From Candidatus Saccharimonadales bacterium (GTDB lineage: Bacteria; Patescibacteriota; Saccharimonadia; Saccharimonadales; JAYRRP01), in contig JAYRRP010000004.1 in the NCBI GenBank assembly GCA_041910055.1, positions 67,804-131,803 of the forward strand: a stretch of 64,000 nt of DNA, written 5' to 3'. The position numbers and the translations under genes were made by a program. A model generated the notes under the pieces. The model did not search any database, was not told the origin of the DNA, and saw only the letters and a program-made list of their open reading frames with translations. Positions 51,365-61,236 of this stretch are shown here, piece after piece (position 1 is the first letter of the stretch; each line of letters starts with the position of its first letter).

Positions 51365-51778
51365 ATGGCAAAGAGTACAAAGTCAAAAAAGGCACGGACA
51401 GAGACTGTCCGTCAACGTGCCGGTCAAACTAAACCGGCAGATCAGCCACGACGTCTACGCAAAACGGCGGGAGCAGCCTCGCGCCCATTCCGCGCTATCG
51501 CGAGCTGGCTTGTCCACTTGCTACGTCCTTTTCGTTTTCTACTCTGGCCATTTAAGACTAAACCGGCACGCTTTATAGGCCGCATTCTTGCCTCCATATT
51601 TTTCTTAAGGTATTTTCGTGATTCATGGCGTGAACTACGACAGGTCACTTGGCCAAACCGAAAGGAAACCTGGCAACTGACTTTCGCTGTATTTATATTT
51701 GCTATTGTCTTCGGCCTCATCATATCAATTACGGATTATGGATTAGATAAAGTATTTAAACGGGTATTACTACGATAA
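51365..51778 (+). CDS. secE: preprotein translocase subunit SecE (with long basic N-terminal extension)
   Basis: ATG at 51365 with GGAGA SD; conserved 'WRELRQVTWPNRKET' SecE motif followed by a single TM. Confidence 0.8.
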   Translation: MAKSTKSKKARTETVRQRAGQTKPADQPRRLRKTAGAASRPFRAIASWLVHLLRPFRFLLWPFKTKPARFIGRILASIFFLRYFRDSWRELRQVTWPNRKETWQLTFAVFIFAIVFGLIISITDYGLDKVFKRVLLR

Positions 51779-52320
51779 TGAGCAAGCGATACGACACAAC
51801 AAAGCAATGGTATGCCATTCATACCTATAGTGGTTATGAAGAAAAGGTAGCTGAGAGTATTCGCCAGCGCGCTGAAAGTCTGGAAATGAAAGACAAGATT
51901 TTTCAGGTGTTGGTTCCTAAGGAAAAGATGATCGAGATAAAAAACGGCAAACGCAAAGTTGTTGAAAAACGAATTTTCCAAGGATACGTATTGGTACAAA
52001 TGAAACTCAGTGAAGATGCGTGGTATATCGTGCGCAACACGCCAAGTGTGACAGGGTTTGTGGGTAGCGGCACTGAACCGACACCCATTAGTCAGGACGA
52101 GATGGAAAAAATTAACAAGCGCATGGGTCTTGAGCAACCCAAGCACAAGATTGATTATCGTGAAGGCGAAGTGGTTAACATTATTGACGGTCCTTTCAAG
52201 GGCTTTGATGGCACAATTAACGAAATCGATCCCGCGAAAGGTAAGCTTAAGGTGCTGGTGAATATGTTTGGCCGCGAAACCCCAGTTGAGCTCGATAGTT
52301 TACAGGTCAAGCGAGTATAG
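51778..52320 (+). CDS. nusG: transcription termination/antitermination factor NusG
   Basis: 180 aa; NGN domain 'WYAIHTYSGYEEKV', C-terminal KOW 'GEVVNIIDGPFKGFDGTI'; ATGA coupling with secE. Confidence 0.9.
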   Translation: MSKRYDTTKQWYAIHTYSGYEEKVAESIRQRAESLEMKDKIFQVLVPKEKMIEIKNGKRKVVEKRIFQGYVLVQMKLSEDAWYIVRNTPSVTGFVGSGTEPTPISQDEMEKINKRMGLEQPKHKIDYREGEVVNIIDGPFKGFDGTINEIDPAKGKLKVLVNMFGRETPVELDSLQVKRV

Positions 52321-52382
52321 ACGAGCTTGCATATTCATAGTAAAATAAGTTTTTAAAATACAGGTAAGGAACGGGGTCATTC

Positions 52383-52823
52383 ATGGCGACTAAAAAGCAA
52401 GTTAAGGCAAATCTTAAGATGAAAATTCGCGGCGGACAAGCCAGCGCCGCTCCTCCTGTAGGTAGCACACTTGGTCAATATGGAGTCAATATGATGGACT
52501 TTATTAACCCCTTTAATGAACAGACCAAACCACTGCAGGGCAAGATGGTCACAGCACACATTACCATTTACGACGACCGCAGTATGAGTTTTCGAGTTGT
52601 GGGAGAACCAACTGATGATCTAATCCGTGCCAAACTTGGTATTGATAAGGGGTCAGGCAAGCCCAACAGCGAGAAAATCAACAAGAAACTTTCAAATAAG
52701 GACCTGCAGGATATTGCTGAGGCGAAGGCCAATGACATGAACACCGATGATGTCGACGCAGTCAAAAAGATGGTAGCGGGCACAGCCCGAAGTATGGGTG
52801 TGGAGATTGAGACAAATGGATGA
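52383..52823 (+). CDS. rplK: 50S ribosomal protein L11
   Basis: 146 aa; 'PPVGSTLGQYGVNMMDF...FN' conserved. Confidence 0.95.
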   Translation: MATKKQVKANLKMKIRGGQASAAPPVGSTLGQYGVNMMDFINPFNEQTKPLQGKMVTAHITIYDDRSMSFRVVGEPTDDLIRAKLGIDKGSGKPNSEKINKKLSNKDLQDIAEAKANDMNTDDVDAVKKMVAGTARSMGVEIETNG

Positions 52824-53068
52824 CAGTGGAACGAATTACGCCTGCATCAACAGAGTGTGAAGTCACACAGATTGTTGAAGATATGGGATATGCTAGCGTT
52901 GAACTAGAGAATCTGACAGAGGCCCTAATAAGTGGAGATGTTCCGCGTACCCCAATGCTGGAAGAAGCAATTGGAAACCTGACTTCTGAAGTTTGTCGAT
53001 TATACATACGCTATTTCAACAATCGTGAAGCTGATTGTCCTATAATTATTGAGTCCAGTGAGTTATAA
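52820..53068 (+). CDS. hypothetical small acidic protein inserted between rplK and rplA
   Basis: 82 aa; ATG overlaps the rplK stop (ATGA), suggesting translational coupling; no known motif. Confidence 0.4.
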   Translation: MTVERITPASTECEVTQIVEDMGYASVELENLTEALISGDVPRTPMLEEAIGNLTSEVCRLYIRYFNNREADCPIIIESSEL

Positions 53069-53127
53069 ATAATTAATTTTGTGGGAGGCCGTCGTAAAAG
53101 CCGCTTGCACCACGAAAGGAGCACATA

Positions 53128-54072
53128 ATGGCAAAAGAAGCCACCAAAAAGAAAACAAAAAAAGAAGAAGTAGCAGCTGAAAAAACTACCGTCGCAAAAA
53201 AAACTAACACGGAGCAGGTAAAGCCCGAAGCCAAACCAGCGGCCAAAGCTGGCAAACGCAGTATTAAGGCGTTAAAAGAAGTTGAAGAAAAACAGGCCAA
53301 AGAGACTAGGAAAGTCGCCGCCAAGGAAGCGGAGGCAGACAAGAAAACAAAGTCGGTCCAAAAACCTACACGCTCACGACTTGAACGCCGTGGGAAAAAA
53401 TATCGCGAAGCTGCCAAGCTGATTGATCCCAAGAAAGAATACGAATTGGCAGAAGCTTTAAAAATTATTGGCAAAACCAGTCCTGCGAAATTTGATGCCA
53501 GCGTTGAGTTGCACATTCGGTTAAATGTGGATCCACGTCAAGCTGATCAAAACGTACGAGACAGCGTTGTATTGCCAGCCGGAAGCGGGAAAGACGTAAA
53601 GATCGCCGTGGTAGCAGATGATTCACAAACCGATGCAGCGAAAGCAGCAGGAGCTGATATTATTGGCAATGATAAGATTTTTGCCCTGCTTGATAAAGAA
53701 ACTATTACCTTTGATATCCTTATCAGCACACCAGTCAATATGGCCAAACTTGGCAAATATGCCAAGTTGTTAGGGCCACGCGGACTTATGCCAAACCCAA
53801 AAAGTGGCACGGTGACCAATGATATTGAGAAGGCAATAACAGAAGCAAAGGCAGGCAAAGTTGAATATCGCGTTGACAGCAGTGGCATTTTACATATCCA
53901 TGTTGGCAAAGCTAGTTTTACGCCAGCTAAGCTTCAGCAGAACATAGAATCAGTATTTTCAAGTGTCAAGCAAGCAAAGCCCACTTCAGTGAAAGGAACT
54001 TTCATCCACTCCATACACTTAACTACCACTATGGGGCCAAGTCTGAAGATTTCAGCAAATACCGTATTGTAA
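53128..54072 (+). CDS. rplA: 50S ribosomal protein L1 with ~88-aa K/A/E-rich N-terminal extension
   Basis: 314 aa. The canonical L1 sequence begins near residue 88 ('GKKYREAAKLIDPKKEY...FDASVELHIRLNVDPRQADQ'). It is in frame with an upstream lysine/alanine-rich segment that has a perfect AAAGGAG SD; the alternative start is the in-frame GTG at 53389, which has no SD. Confidence 0.85.
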   Translation: MAKEATKKKTKKEEVAAEKTTVAKKTNTEQVKPEAKPAAKAGKRSIKALKEVEEKQAKETRKVAAKEAEADKKTKSVQKPTRSRLERRGKKYREAAKLIDPKKEYELAEALKIIGKTSPAKFDASVELHIRLNVDPRQADQNVRDSVVLPAGSGKDVKIAVVADDSQTDAAKAAGADIIGNDKIFALLDKETITFDILISTPVNMAKLGKYAKLLGPRGLMPNPKSGTVTNDIEKAITEAKAGKVEYRVDSSGILHIHVGKASFTPAKLQQNIESVFSSVKQAKPTSVKGTFIHSIHLTTTMGPSLKISANTVL

Positions 54073-54081
54073 TATATCAAT

Positions 54082-54726
54082 ATGGTCAAACGACAAAAGG
54101 GACAAGTGGTTGCTTTTGATGGTCCAGACGGCGTCGGGAAAACAACCCAGATTCAGCGCGCCACCCAATTCCTGCAAAAGCAAGGCTTCCGGGTATTAAC
54201 CACCCGTGCATCTGGCGGTACCCCAATTGGCGAAGCCTTACGCACCGTCTCACTCAGTCCAATTGAACGCCCAGCCGAGACTGACCTTTACATTTCACTG
54301 GCAATGCACACAGCACTTGGTAAAGAATTGACCAGGTTACGCAGTCAATTTGACTTCATTCTCATTGACCGAAGTCCACTAGCTATTATTGCCTACAATG
54401 TGTACGGCAGCGAAATGGAAAAGCAGACCAAGGGCCTGACAGCGTGCCGACAGATGCTCCAACTATGGAAATTAGATGCATTGCTTCTCCTAGAAGCACC
54501 AGTTTCAATATTAGATGCACGGCGCCAACACCGGGCTGGAAAAATAGATTATTTTGAACAAAAAGGTAAGGCTTACCGTCAACGAGTCAGAAAAGGTTAC
54601 CAGGTAGCTACTGACTTGGCAGAAAAAATCCGGCCAAAAGTCAAACTTATAAAAATTGAAGCTAGTCCCTCTATTGACCAAATTGAAGACCAAATCATCG
54701 CTCGATTGTTGTCACTCATACACTAG
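54082..54726 (+). CDS. tmk: thymidylate kinase
   Basis: 214 aa; P-loop 'FDGPDGVGKTT', 'DRS' (DRY-like) motif, lid region. Confidence 0.8.
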   Translation: MVKRQKGQVVAFDGPDGVGKTTQIQRATQFLQKQGFRVLTTRASGGTPIGEALRTVSLSPIERPAETDLYISLAMHTALGKELTRLRSQFDFILIDRSPLAIIAYNVYGSEMEKQTKGLTACRQMLQLWKLDALLLLEAPVSILDARRQHRAGKIDYFEQKGKAYRQRVRKGYQVATDLAEKIRPKVKLIKIEASPSIDQIEDQIIARLLSLIH

Positions 54727-54777
54727 TAATTGCACCTGGGGAAGGGAATCCGTACAATAGGTAACGAGAGGAGTGCT

Positions 54778-55491
54778 GTGGGAGTTTATAGCAATATCCA
54801 GATTCGGCGGGCTATTGATGAAGGACATATTATCTGCACGCCTTTTGATGAGCGACATGTATCGCATGCCAGCCTTGATGTCACCCTAGGCTATTACTAT
54901 TACCGAACTGACCGGCTCAGTGACCAGACAATCTACAACCCGTTCGACGAGGCAGAAGTAAATGAATACTTCGACGGCCCTCTTAGGGCATTGAATTATA
55001 AAGATTGGGCTGCCCAAAACCAGGTTGCCCAGCTTAAAGGCATACCCCCTAATCATCCAATTATTCCGCTTCGGCCCGGTGAACGTATATTGGCTCATAC
55101 CCATGAATTTTTTGGCATTAAACCACCGGGGGCTTATGAGGTAAAATCACGCTCCAGCTGGGGACGCAACGGAATTGCCGTTTGCTTTGATGCCGGCTGG
55201 GTAGACCCAGGTTATATTAATCGGCTCACGCTGGAAATTTTTAACCTCAACCAACACCGTGTCGTTCTTCTACCCGTTGGTGAACGTATTGCCCAAGCAG
55301 TTTTTTATGAGACTGGTGAAGTGGAGGGGAGCTACGGAGAAGGTCGTCACGGCGGCTTTAGCGGTAAGTACCAAAGTGGAACTGACTTATCGGAGCTCAT
55401 CAAAAGCTGGCAACCATCGATGATGTTACCTCGCGCCTATAAAGACAAACGCACACTGCCCAAGAAAGTGAAGGGTCTACGAAGTGACTAA
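54778..55491 (+). CDS. dcd: dCTP deaminase (dUTPase superfamily)
   Basis: GTG start with GAGGAG SD; blocks align with Dcd ('ASLDVTLG', 'RSSWGRNGIAV...DAGWVDPGY...LEIFN'); ~45-aa C-terminal tail. Confidence 0.8.
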   Translation: MGVYSNIQIRRAIDEGHIICTPFDERHVSHASLDVTLGYYYYRTDRLSDQTIYNPFDEAEVNEYFDGPLRALNYKDWAAQNQVAQLKGIPPNHPIIPLRPGERILAHTHEFFGIKPPGAYEVKSRSSWGRNGIAVCFDAGWVDPGYINRLTLEIFNLNQHRVVLLPVGERIAQAVFYETGEVEGSYGEGRHGGFSGKYQSGTDLSELIKSWQPSMMLPRAYKDKRTLPKKVKGLRSD

Positions 55492-55533
55492 CCGATTCTT
55501 TCGCCACGCGATAGCAGGGTGGAGGAAACCGGT

Positions 55534-57915
55534 ATGAACACTGAACCAGGAACTTTTTTCGTTATTGAGGGGACAGATGGCTCCGGCAAAGGTACACAGT
55601 TTAAGCTACTGGCAGAGAGGCTACAAACCGCTGGTTATGATATTGCCACCTTTGACTTCCCCCAGTACGAGAAACCGTCTAGTTATTTCATCAAACAGTA
55701 TTTGAATGGCGTCTACGGTAGCAGTCAGGAAGTGGGACCTTATACTGCTTCACTTTTCTACGCACTTGATCGCTATGAAGCTTCGACAGGTATCCGTCAG
55801 GCGCTTAAGCAAGGCAAGATAGTCCTCTGCAATCGCTTTACTGGCTCAAATATGGCTCATCAAGGCACTAAATTTAATCATCCCGAAGAACGGCGGGGAT
55901 TCTATATATGGCTCGATAATCTCGAATTCCAACTGCTACGCGTGCCACGTCCGACCAAGAATATTGTGCTGCGCATCGATGCAAATTATGCCCAACAACT
56001 TGTCGACCAGAAAGAAACCCGTTCCTATACTGATAAAAAACGCGATCTTCATGAAGCTGACCTTAACCACTTGCAACGCTCAATTGAAGTCTATGATGAA
56101 CTCTGTGAGCTGTTCCCTAAAGATTTCCAACGATTAGACTGCATACGCGATAATCGTCTGCTTGAAATCGAAACAGTACACGAGCTACTCTGGAAAACTA
56201 TCCAACCATTTTTGCCCCCCCAACCTCAATTGACAACTGCAAAAAGCCAAATAGTCACCAAAGAGAAACCGGTCTCACACCGTCCTTTAGTTGAACATAA
56301 GAAAAATGGGGCTTACCAGATCACCGATGAAGGAAAACATTATTTACGTGACGTGGTTACTAATACCGACGAAAGCACCTATGCTTTCACTGACAAACTT
56401 AGCCAAGTCACCATTGCTGCCGCTATGGCTCGTTTATCACGTCGTGGCGACGATATGCGTGTCACAATTTTGGATGAATTCGCTGAGAGCGCACATAAAG
56501 ATGAGCAGCTACTCAAGCGAGTTATCACTGCATATGGAGATGACTCTGTCCAGCAGCTAGCTGGGCAGCATATTGTGGTTGAAAACGCGTCGAACTTGCT
56601 AACCAAAAAGCTTGAATGGGGCCGGCTGGCTTCATATCTTGAACAATCAACTCGTTATATATTTTTTGATCAAAAAAATGCCCTAGGGAACTATCGTTAC
56701 TTCATTCCACCTGAGTTCAGCAAGAAACATCGTCAGGTCTATTTAAGCGCAATGGATTTCATATTTGACACCTACTCAACTTTAGTGAGACAACTCACTG
56801 ATTACGTGCGCCAGCATTCAACTGTCCCTAAAAAAGAGCAGGACGTAGCTTGGAAAGGAGCTACTCGTGCCCAGGCATGTGACGCTGCTCGAGGCGTGCT
56901 GCCTGTCGCCACCACCTCGACCGTAGGAATCTACGCTTCCGGCCAGGCACTAGAGAGCTTAATAATGCATTTGCTGGCTGACGAGCTGCCAGAAGCCCGT
57001 AAAATTGGGAACGATATATTGCATGAATCGCGTAAAGTTCTCCCGGTCTTTTTAGAACGTGCCGATAAACCCGAGCGAGGTGGTGCGGCGATTGCCTTTA
57101 AAGCCGAAACGACGAAGAATACCCGTAATCTGGCAGCCAATATGTTGCCCGATAGCTATAGTTCTTCTGACCAACCCATCACTTTAACTGACTGGTGGCC
57201 AAAGAACGAGTTGGATCTTGTCGCTGATATGTTGTATGAACATTCCCAGCTTTCATTAGAAGAAATCAGGCAAGTGGTAACCGGATGGAAATATGATGCC
57301 AAAGCAAAAGTAATACAAACATACATTGGGGACAGGCTCAACCGTCGACATAAGCCTGGACGCGCCCTGGAAAAAGCTCACTATAGCTGGGATATTCTCT
57401 GTGACTATGGCATATTTCGTGACCTGCAGCGCCACCGCATAGTGGATGACATGGAATGGCAAAAACTTACTCCCCGCTACGGCTATGAAATTCCCTCGCT
57501 TGTTGATGAAGCAGGCCTCAGCGAGCTTTACGAGCAATGTTTTGATAAAAGCCTCGAGCTTTATAGCTACTTACAGACAAATGGGTTTGATTTAGCCTCT
57601 CAGTACGCGGTTCTATTGGGTCACCGTATGCGCTGGAAAGTGACCTACAATGCACGCGAAGCCTTCCATTTGCACGAGCTTAGGACCTCTCCACAGGGAC
57701 ACCCTGGCTACCGAAAACTCGTCAAACAAATGCACGAGAAACTATGCGAAGTCCACCCTCTTATTGGTGAAGGTATGAAATTTGTCAATAAAGATGAGGA
57801 TCCTGAACTAACCAGATTGGCAGCCGAACGCTATACCCAATTCAAGCTCACTCAGATGGATACTGCGCCAACCTCTGTAAAACCAGCTGTTGACAAAAGT
57901 GATCCTCAAGAGTAA
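55534..57915 (+). CDS. fusion protein: N-terminal thymidylate-kinase-like domain + tandem ThyX-like (flavin-dependent thymidylate synthase) domains
   Basis: ~793 aa. N-terminal ~225 aa carry 'IEGTDGSGKGTQ' P-loop and 'DRYEAS' tmk motifs. The C-terminal ~500 aa carry two ThyX-like signatures: 'AAAMARLSRRGD' (cf. AARVS) with 'WGRLASYLEQSTRY' (cf. RHRxASYxExSxRY), then 'QRHRIV...RY' with 'LHELRTSPQGH' (cf. LNLRADSHAQ). Confidence 0.6.
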   Translation: MNTEPGTFFVIEGTDGSGKGTQFKLLAERLQTAGYDIATFDFPQYEKPSSYFIKQYLNGVYGSSQEVGPYTASLFYALDRYEASTGIRQALKQGKIVLCNRFTGSNMAHQGTKFNHPEERRGFYIWLDNLEFQLLRVPRPTKNIVLRIDANYAQQLVDQKETRSYTDKKRDLHEADLNHLQRSIEVYDELCELFPKDFQRLDCIRDNRLLEIETVHELLWKTIQPFLPPQPQLTTAKSQIVTKEKPVSHRPLVEHKKNGAYQITDEGKHYLRDVVTNTDESTYAFTDKLSQVTIAAAMARLSRRGDDMRVTILDEFAESAHKDEQLLKRVITAYGDDSVQQLAGQHIVVENASNLLTKKLEWGRLASYLEQSTRYIFFDQKNALGNYRYFIPPEFSKKHRQVYLSAMDFIFDTYSTLVRQLTDYVRQHSTVPKKEQDVAWKGATRAQACDAARGVLPVATTSTVGIYASGQALESLIMHLLADELPEARKIGNDILHESRKVLPVFLERADKPERGGAAIAFKAETTKNTRNLAANMLPDSYSSSDQPITLTDWWPKNELDLVADMLYEHSQLSLEEIRQVVTGWKYDAKAKVIQTYIGDRLNRRHKPGRALEKAHYSWDILCDYGIFRDLQRHRIVDDMEWQKLTPRYGYEIPSLVDEAGLSELYEQCFDKSLELYSYLQTNGFDLASQYAVLLGHRMRWKVTYNAREAFHLHELRTSPQGHPGYRKLVKQMHEKLCEVHPLIGEGMKFVNKDEDPELTRLAAERYTQFKLTQMDTAPTSVKPAVDKSDPQE

Positions 57916-58014
57916 AATCCGTCTCGATATGACAAATAAGGTGGTCATGCTCAACCTCTTTATTATTAGCTCACAGGAGCTTGGTTGAGTATTTTCACTT
58001 TAAAAAGTAAAACC

Positions 58015-58039
58015 AGGCTCCACCAGGAGCCTTTTTTTA
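58015..58039 (+). terminator. Rho-independent terminator after the ThyX-fusion gene
   Basis: AGGCTCC-acca-GGAGCCT followed by TTTTTTT. Confidence 0.65.
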
Positions 58040-58054
58040 TGAAGGAACATCCAT

Positions 58055-59275
58055 ATGTACGAACAAACCAAATCCCAAGAATTAGCAGCTAACCGGTCGT
58101 TTCAGATAGAAATAAACGACCACTACACGCTGAACGAAATAGTTGCAATTCACGGAGCTCAAGAAACCTCAATACAAAGAACACCTCACACAGGCAACAT
58201 CAACCTTTCTCATATTTTGCATTTTGAGTTAGGATTACCAGCGGTACTTTACGATCGCAACAAAGGAAAACTGGATGGCACTTTTCATCCACACATGGTA
58301 GTGAACCAGAATGGTGCAGAACAGATAAGTGCTGACGATGTTTTAATGACCCATGCACGCATTGATACCCCTCACAATCTTTCCGAGGACCATAGTGATT
58401 TATTCCCGTTAGGCAGCAAAGTTGCCGACGCACACACACAAGCAATCCGTCGTATTTTTCCTGATGTGAATATTTCACAGTACTCCGAATATTTATCTGA
58501 AAACAACCAGTTTGTGAACGATATCTTACAGGTTGTTTCACGACATTATGAGGGTGACCTATGGAAACGTTGGGTGGAACCTGACGGTAATACAAAAACT
58601 ATGCGGCCAGAAACCAATACTGACGCAGCCACCCAAATCTACGGTGTTAACGATGAGGAGAAAGGCTGGATAATTGCAAACCAGATTAATGTGCTTCTAA
58701 TGGCGGCTGTCGAAGCCAAGAAATACGGTACTGATCGGGTATATCATGTCTCTGGTCCTGACATGTATCGCTATATTGACGACATGAAAGGAGAGTTAGA
58801 TTACTTATACTCCACTGTACGAGAAAAATTACCTCAACATCAACTACCGAGACGGTTAGAGTTTGTAGTAGTACCAATGGCAAATATTCGTTTCGTAACC
58901 CACGAGCAAAAGAGTAACGCAACTGAAGAATTGGTAAGTATGTGGCCAGTTTACAAAACCATGCTACAGGAAAAGAAAGATTTTTTCATAGATCTACGTA
59001 GTAGTGACAAAGAAAAGGAAGAGAAAGCAGAGGAAACTAAAAATTATATTCGGGATCGAGAGCGGCCCGTCTTGGACGCAATTCAGGCACAATGCAAAAC
59101 CTGCCCAGAACTCTTTTTTGATACCTCCCAAAAAAGCCATCTTACACAATACGACTTACTCAACGGCTATGGTCACAATTTAAAGATACCGAAAACGCTT
59201 CTAGACATGCCTATTAAAGAAATAAATGAGATGTATAAAGCGTATGAAAAAATAAGCTCTATCAATCTCAAATAG
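58055..59275 (+). CDS. hypothetical protein (406 aa), no recognisable domain
   Basis: Long ORF with normal composition between a terminator and the rplJ leader; own transcription unit. Confidence 0.5.
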   Translation: MYEQTKSQELAANRSFQIEINDHYTLNEIVAIHGAQETSIQRTPHTGNINLSHILHFELGLPAVLYDRNKGKLDGTFHPHMVVNQNGAEQISADDVLMTHARIDTPHNLSEDHSDLFPLGSKVADAHTQAIRRIFPDVNISQYSEYLSENNQFVNDILQVVSRHYEGDLWKRWVEPDGNTKTMRPETNTDAATQIYGVNDEEKGWIIANQINVLLMAAVEAKKYGTDRVYHVSGPDMYRYIDDMKGELDYLYSTVREKLPQHQLPRRLEFVVVPMANIRFVTHEQKSNATEELVSMWPVYKTMLQEKKDFFIDLRSSDKEKEEKAEETKNYIRDRERPVLDAIQAQCKTCPELFFDTSQKSHLTQYDLLNGYGHNLKIPKTLLDMPIKEINEMYKAYEKISSINLK

Positions 59276-59508
59276 CTCCTCAAATACGAATCGTACCCAC
59301 ATTGACGTAAGGAGAAATGAGTAGTATGATATTTATAGTTGCCAAAGACAGTGACGTCCTGAATAAGGATTAAGAATGTCACCGAGGTAGAAACAACGTT
59401 TCTTGCTATTCAAGTCTTTGGTTAATCGCCAAAGATTTTTATTTTTTAAGGCAACAATTTTGTGTAAGGTCGATGCGCAAAATAAAATTACTATAATGAG
59501 GTAGTAAA

Positions 59509-60036
59509 ATGGCAATTAGTAAAACCAAAAAAGAAGAAGTGGTTCAGGAAATTGGACAGTTGCTGAGTAGTACAAAGCTCACAGTCGTAGCATCATATCA
59601 AGGCACTGACGTCAAAGGAATGCAACAGCTCAGAAAGGCTGCGCGCGAAAACCACACCACTGTACGAGTTGCGAAGAACCGCTTGGTAGCTAAAGCACTT
59701 TTGTCTAACGACCAGCTAAAAGGCGTGGATCTTTCAGCCCTTAAAGGACAGTTACTCTATGCTTTTAACGCCGAAGATGAAGTAGCGGGAGCTCAAGTCT
59801 TAGCTACGTTTGCCAAAACAAACCCAAGTGTCGAGTTTATCGGCGCCATTACACCAGAAGGTGTCTTTATGGCAGCGGACGATGTAAAAGCCTTGGCTGC
59901 ATTGCCAAGTAAAGATCAACTGCGCGCTCAGTTAATCGGTACGCTTCAAGCACCATTCGGTAGCTTTGTAAATGTACTGGCTGGTAACGTACGCGGCATA
60001 CTAAATGTGTTAAACGCTCGAGCAGAATCATTGTAA
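59509..60036 (+). CDS. rplJ: 50S ribosomal protein L10
   Basis: 175 aa; typical L10 N-terminus; preceded by a 230-nt leader (the L10/L12 autoregulatory leader is expected here). Confidence 0.9.
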   Translation: MAISKTKKEEVVQEIGQLLSSTKLTVVASYQGTDVKGMQQLRKAARENHTTVRVAKNRLVAKALLSNDQLKGVDLSALKGQLLYAFNAEDEVAGAQVLATFAKTNPSVEFIGAITPEGVFMAADDVKALAALPSKDQLRAQLIGTLQAPFGSFVNVLAGNVRGILNVLNARAESL

Positions 60037-60056
60037 TAGAACGAAAGGACAATTTT

Positions 60057-60470
60057 ATGGCAGAAGAAAATAAGAAGGTAGAAGTTCCAAAAGAATTCGA
60101 AAAACTGGTCAGTGAGCTGGACAAAATGTCTGCGCTTGAAATCAGTAAATTTGTAAAATTTCTCGAGGAATATTGGGGAGTAAGTGCAGCTGCACCTGCT
60201 GTTGCAGTGGCTGCACCAGCAGCAGGTGGCGGTGAACAAGCGGAAGCCAGCGAAGAGAAAAGTGAGTACGACGTAGTCTTGAAAGATGCCGGCGCTCAAA
60301 AGGTGGCCGTTATTAAGGCCGTAAAAGAAATCACGAACTTAGGTCTGGGTGAGGCAAAAGCTCTGGTAGACGGTGCGCCAAAGACAATCCTTGAAAAGGT
60401 CAAGAAAGACGACGCCGAAAAAGCCAAGAAATCTCTTGAAGAAGCTGGTGCTACAGCTGAGTTAGCGTAA
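60057..60470 (+). CDS. rplL: 50S ribosomal protein L7/L12
   Basis: 137 aa; Ala-rich hinge '[15 protein letters not shown]', CTD '[11 protein letters not shown]...[16 protein letters not shown]'. Confidence 0.95.
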   Translation: MAEENKKVEVPKEFEKLVSELDKMSALEISKFVKFLEEYWGVSAAAPAVAVAAPAAGGGEQAEASEEKSEYDVVLKDAGAQKVAVIKAVKEITNLGLGEAKALVDGAPKTILEKVKKDDAEKAKKSLEEAGATAELA

Positions 60471-60625
60471 AGAACTTCCTATTCTATAATTTACTAATTA
60501 TTGTAGAGGGTGTCAGTACGTTTATCCACAGTAGATGTATTTGTTTTTGACTGAAAAAAGCAAATATGATATTTTTAGGCGTAAGTGTACCTAGACAAAC
60601 ACTTCTTGGGAGACAAAGGAATATC

Positions 60626-61135
60626 ATGGCAGACGTACCAGATAAACAAGTCAAACGTCTGAAGAGCCTCATCCAGGAGGCAGAGACCAGTTTGGCTGCA
60701 GCAAAAGAGCTATTACTTAGTTTGGTTGGCGAGGAACCAGAAGTAACCGCCTCAGTAAAAGAAGAAGCACTCGGTAAGATTGTCGAGGGAGTTTTTGATG
60801 GGCAGAACATGGTTGGTTCAGACAGTAAGACCTATCCGGTACCAGCTAATTACGCCTCAAAATCTAAACTCGTGCAAGGTGACATCCTTAAGCTGACCAT
60901 TGCTGAGGATGGTTCCTTTATGTACAAACAAATTGGCCCCATCCCTCGCAAGCAACTAGTTGGCGCTCTAGAATTGAAAGACGGTCACTATTTTGTCGTC
61001 GTCGGTGACAAACGTTACCGCGTACTGCTCGCCAGTGTGACCTATTTTAAAGCTAAACCTGGCGATCAGGTGAGTGTGAACGTACCCGAAGAAGATGATA
61101 GCGCCGAGTGGGCAGCCCTCGAAGCTGCACTCTAA
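60626..61135 (+). CDS. hypothetical protein
   Basis: ATG at 60626 with AAAGGA SD (the ORF-track start at 60566 is less likely); 169 aa; no known motif. Confidence 0.4.
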   Translation: MADVPDKQVKRLKSLIQEAETSLAAAKELLLSLVGEEPEVTASVKEEALGKIVEGVFDGQNMVGSDSKTYPVPANYASKSKLVQGDILKLTIAEDGSFMYKQIGPIPRKQLVGALELKDGHYFVVVGDKRYRVLLASVTYFKAKPGDQVSVNVPEEDDSAEWAALEAAL

Positions 61136-61236
61136 GCCTTAGCCGACCAACTAACCCCAAGCCAGCCACGCACAGACATTTTGTGCGAGATTACACAACA
61201 CTTGCTCATAGAGATTTTCAGTATAATAAGTAGGCT

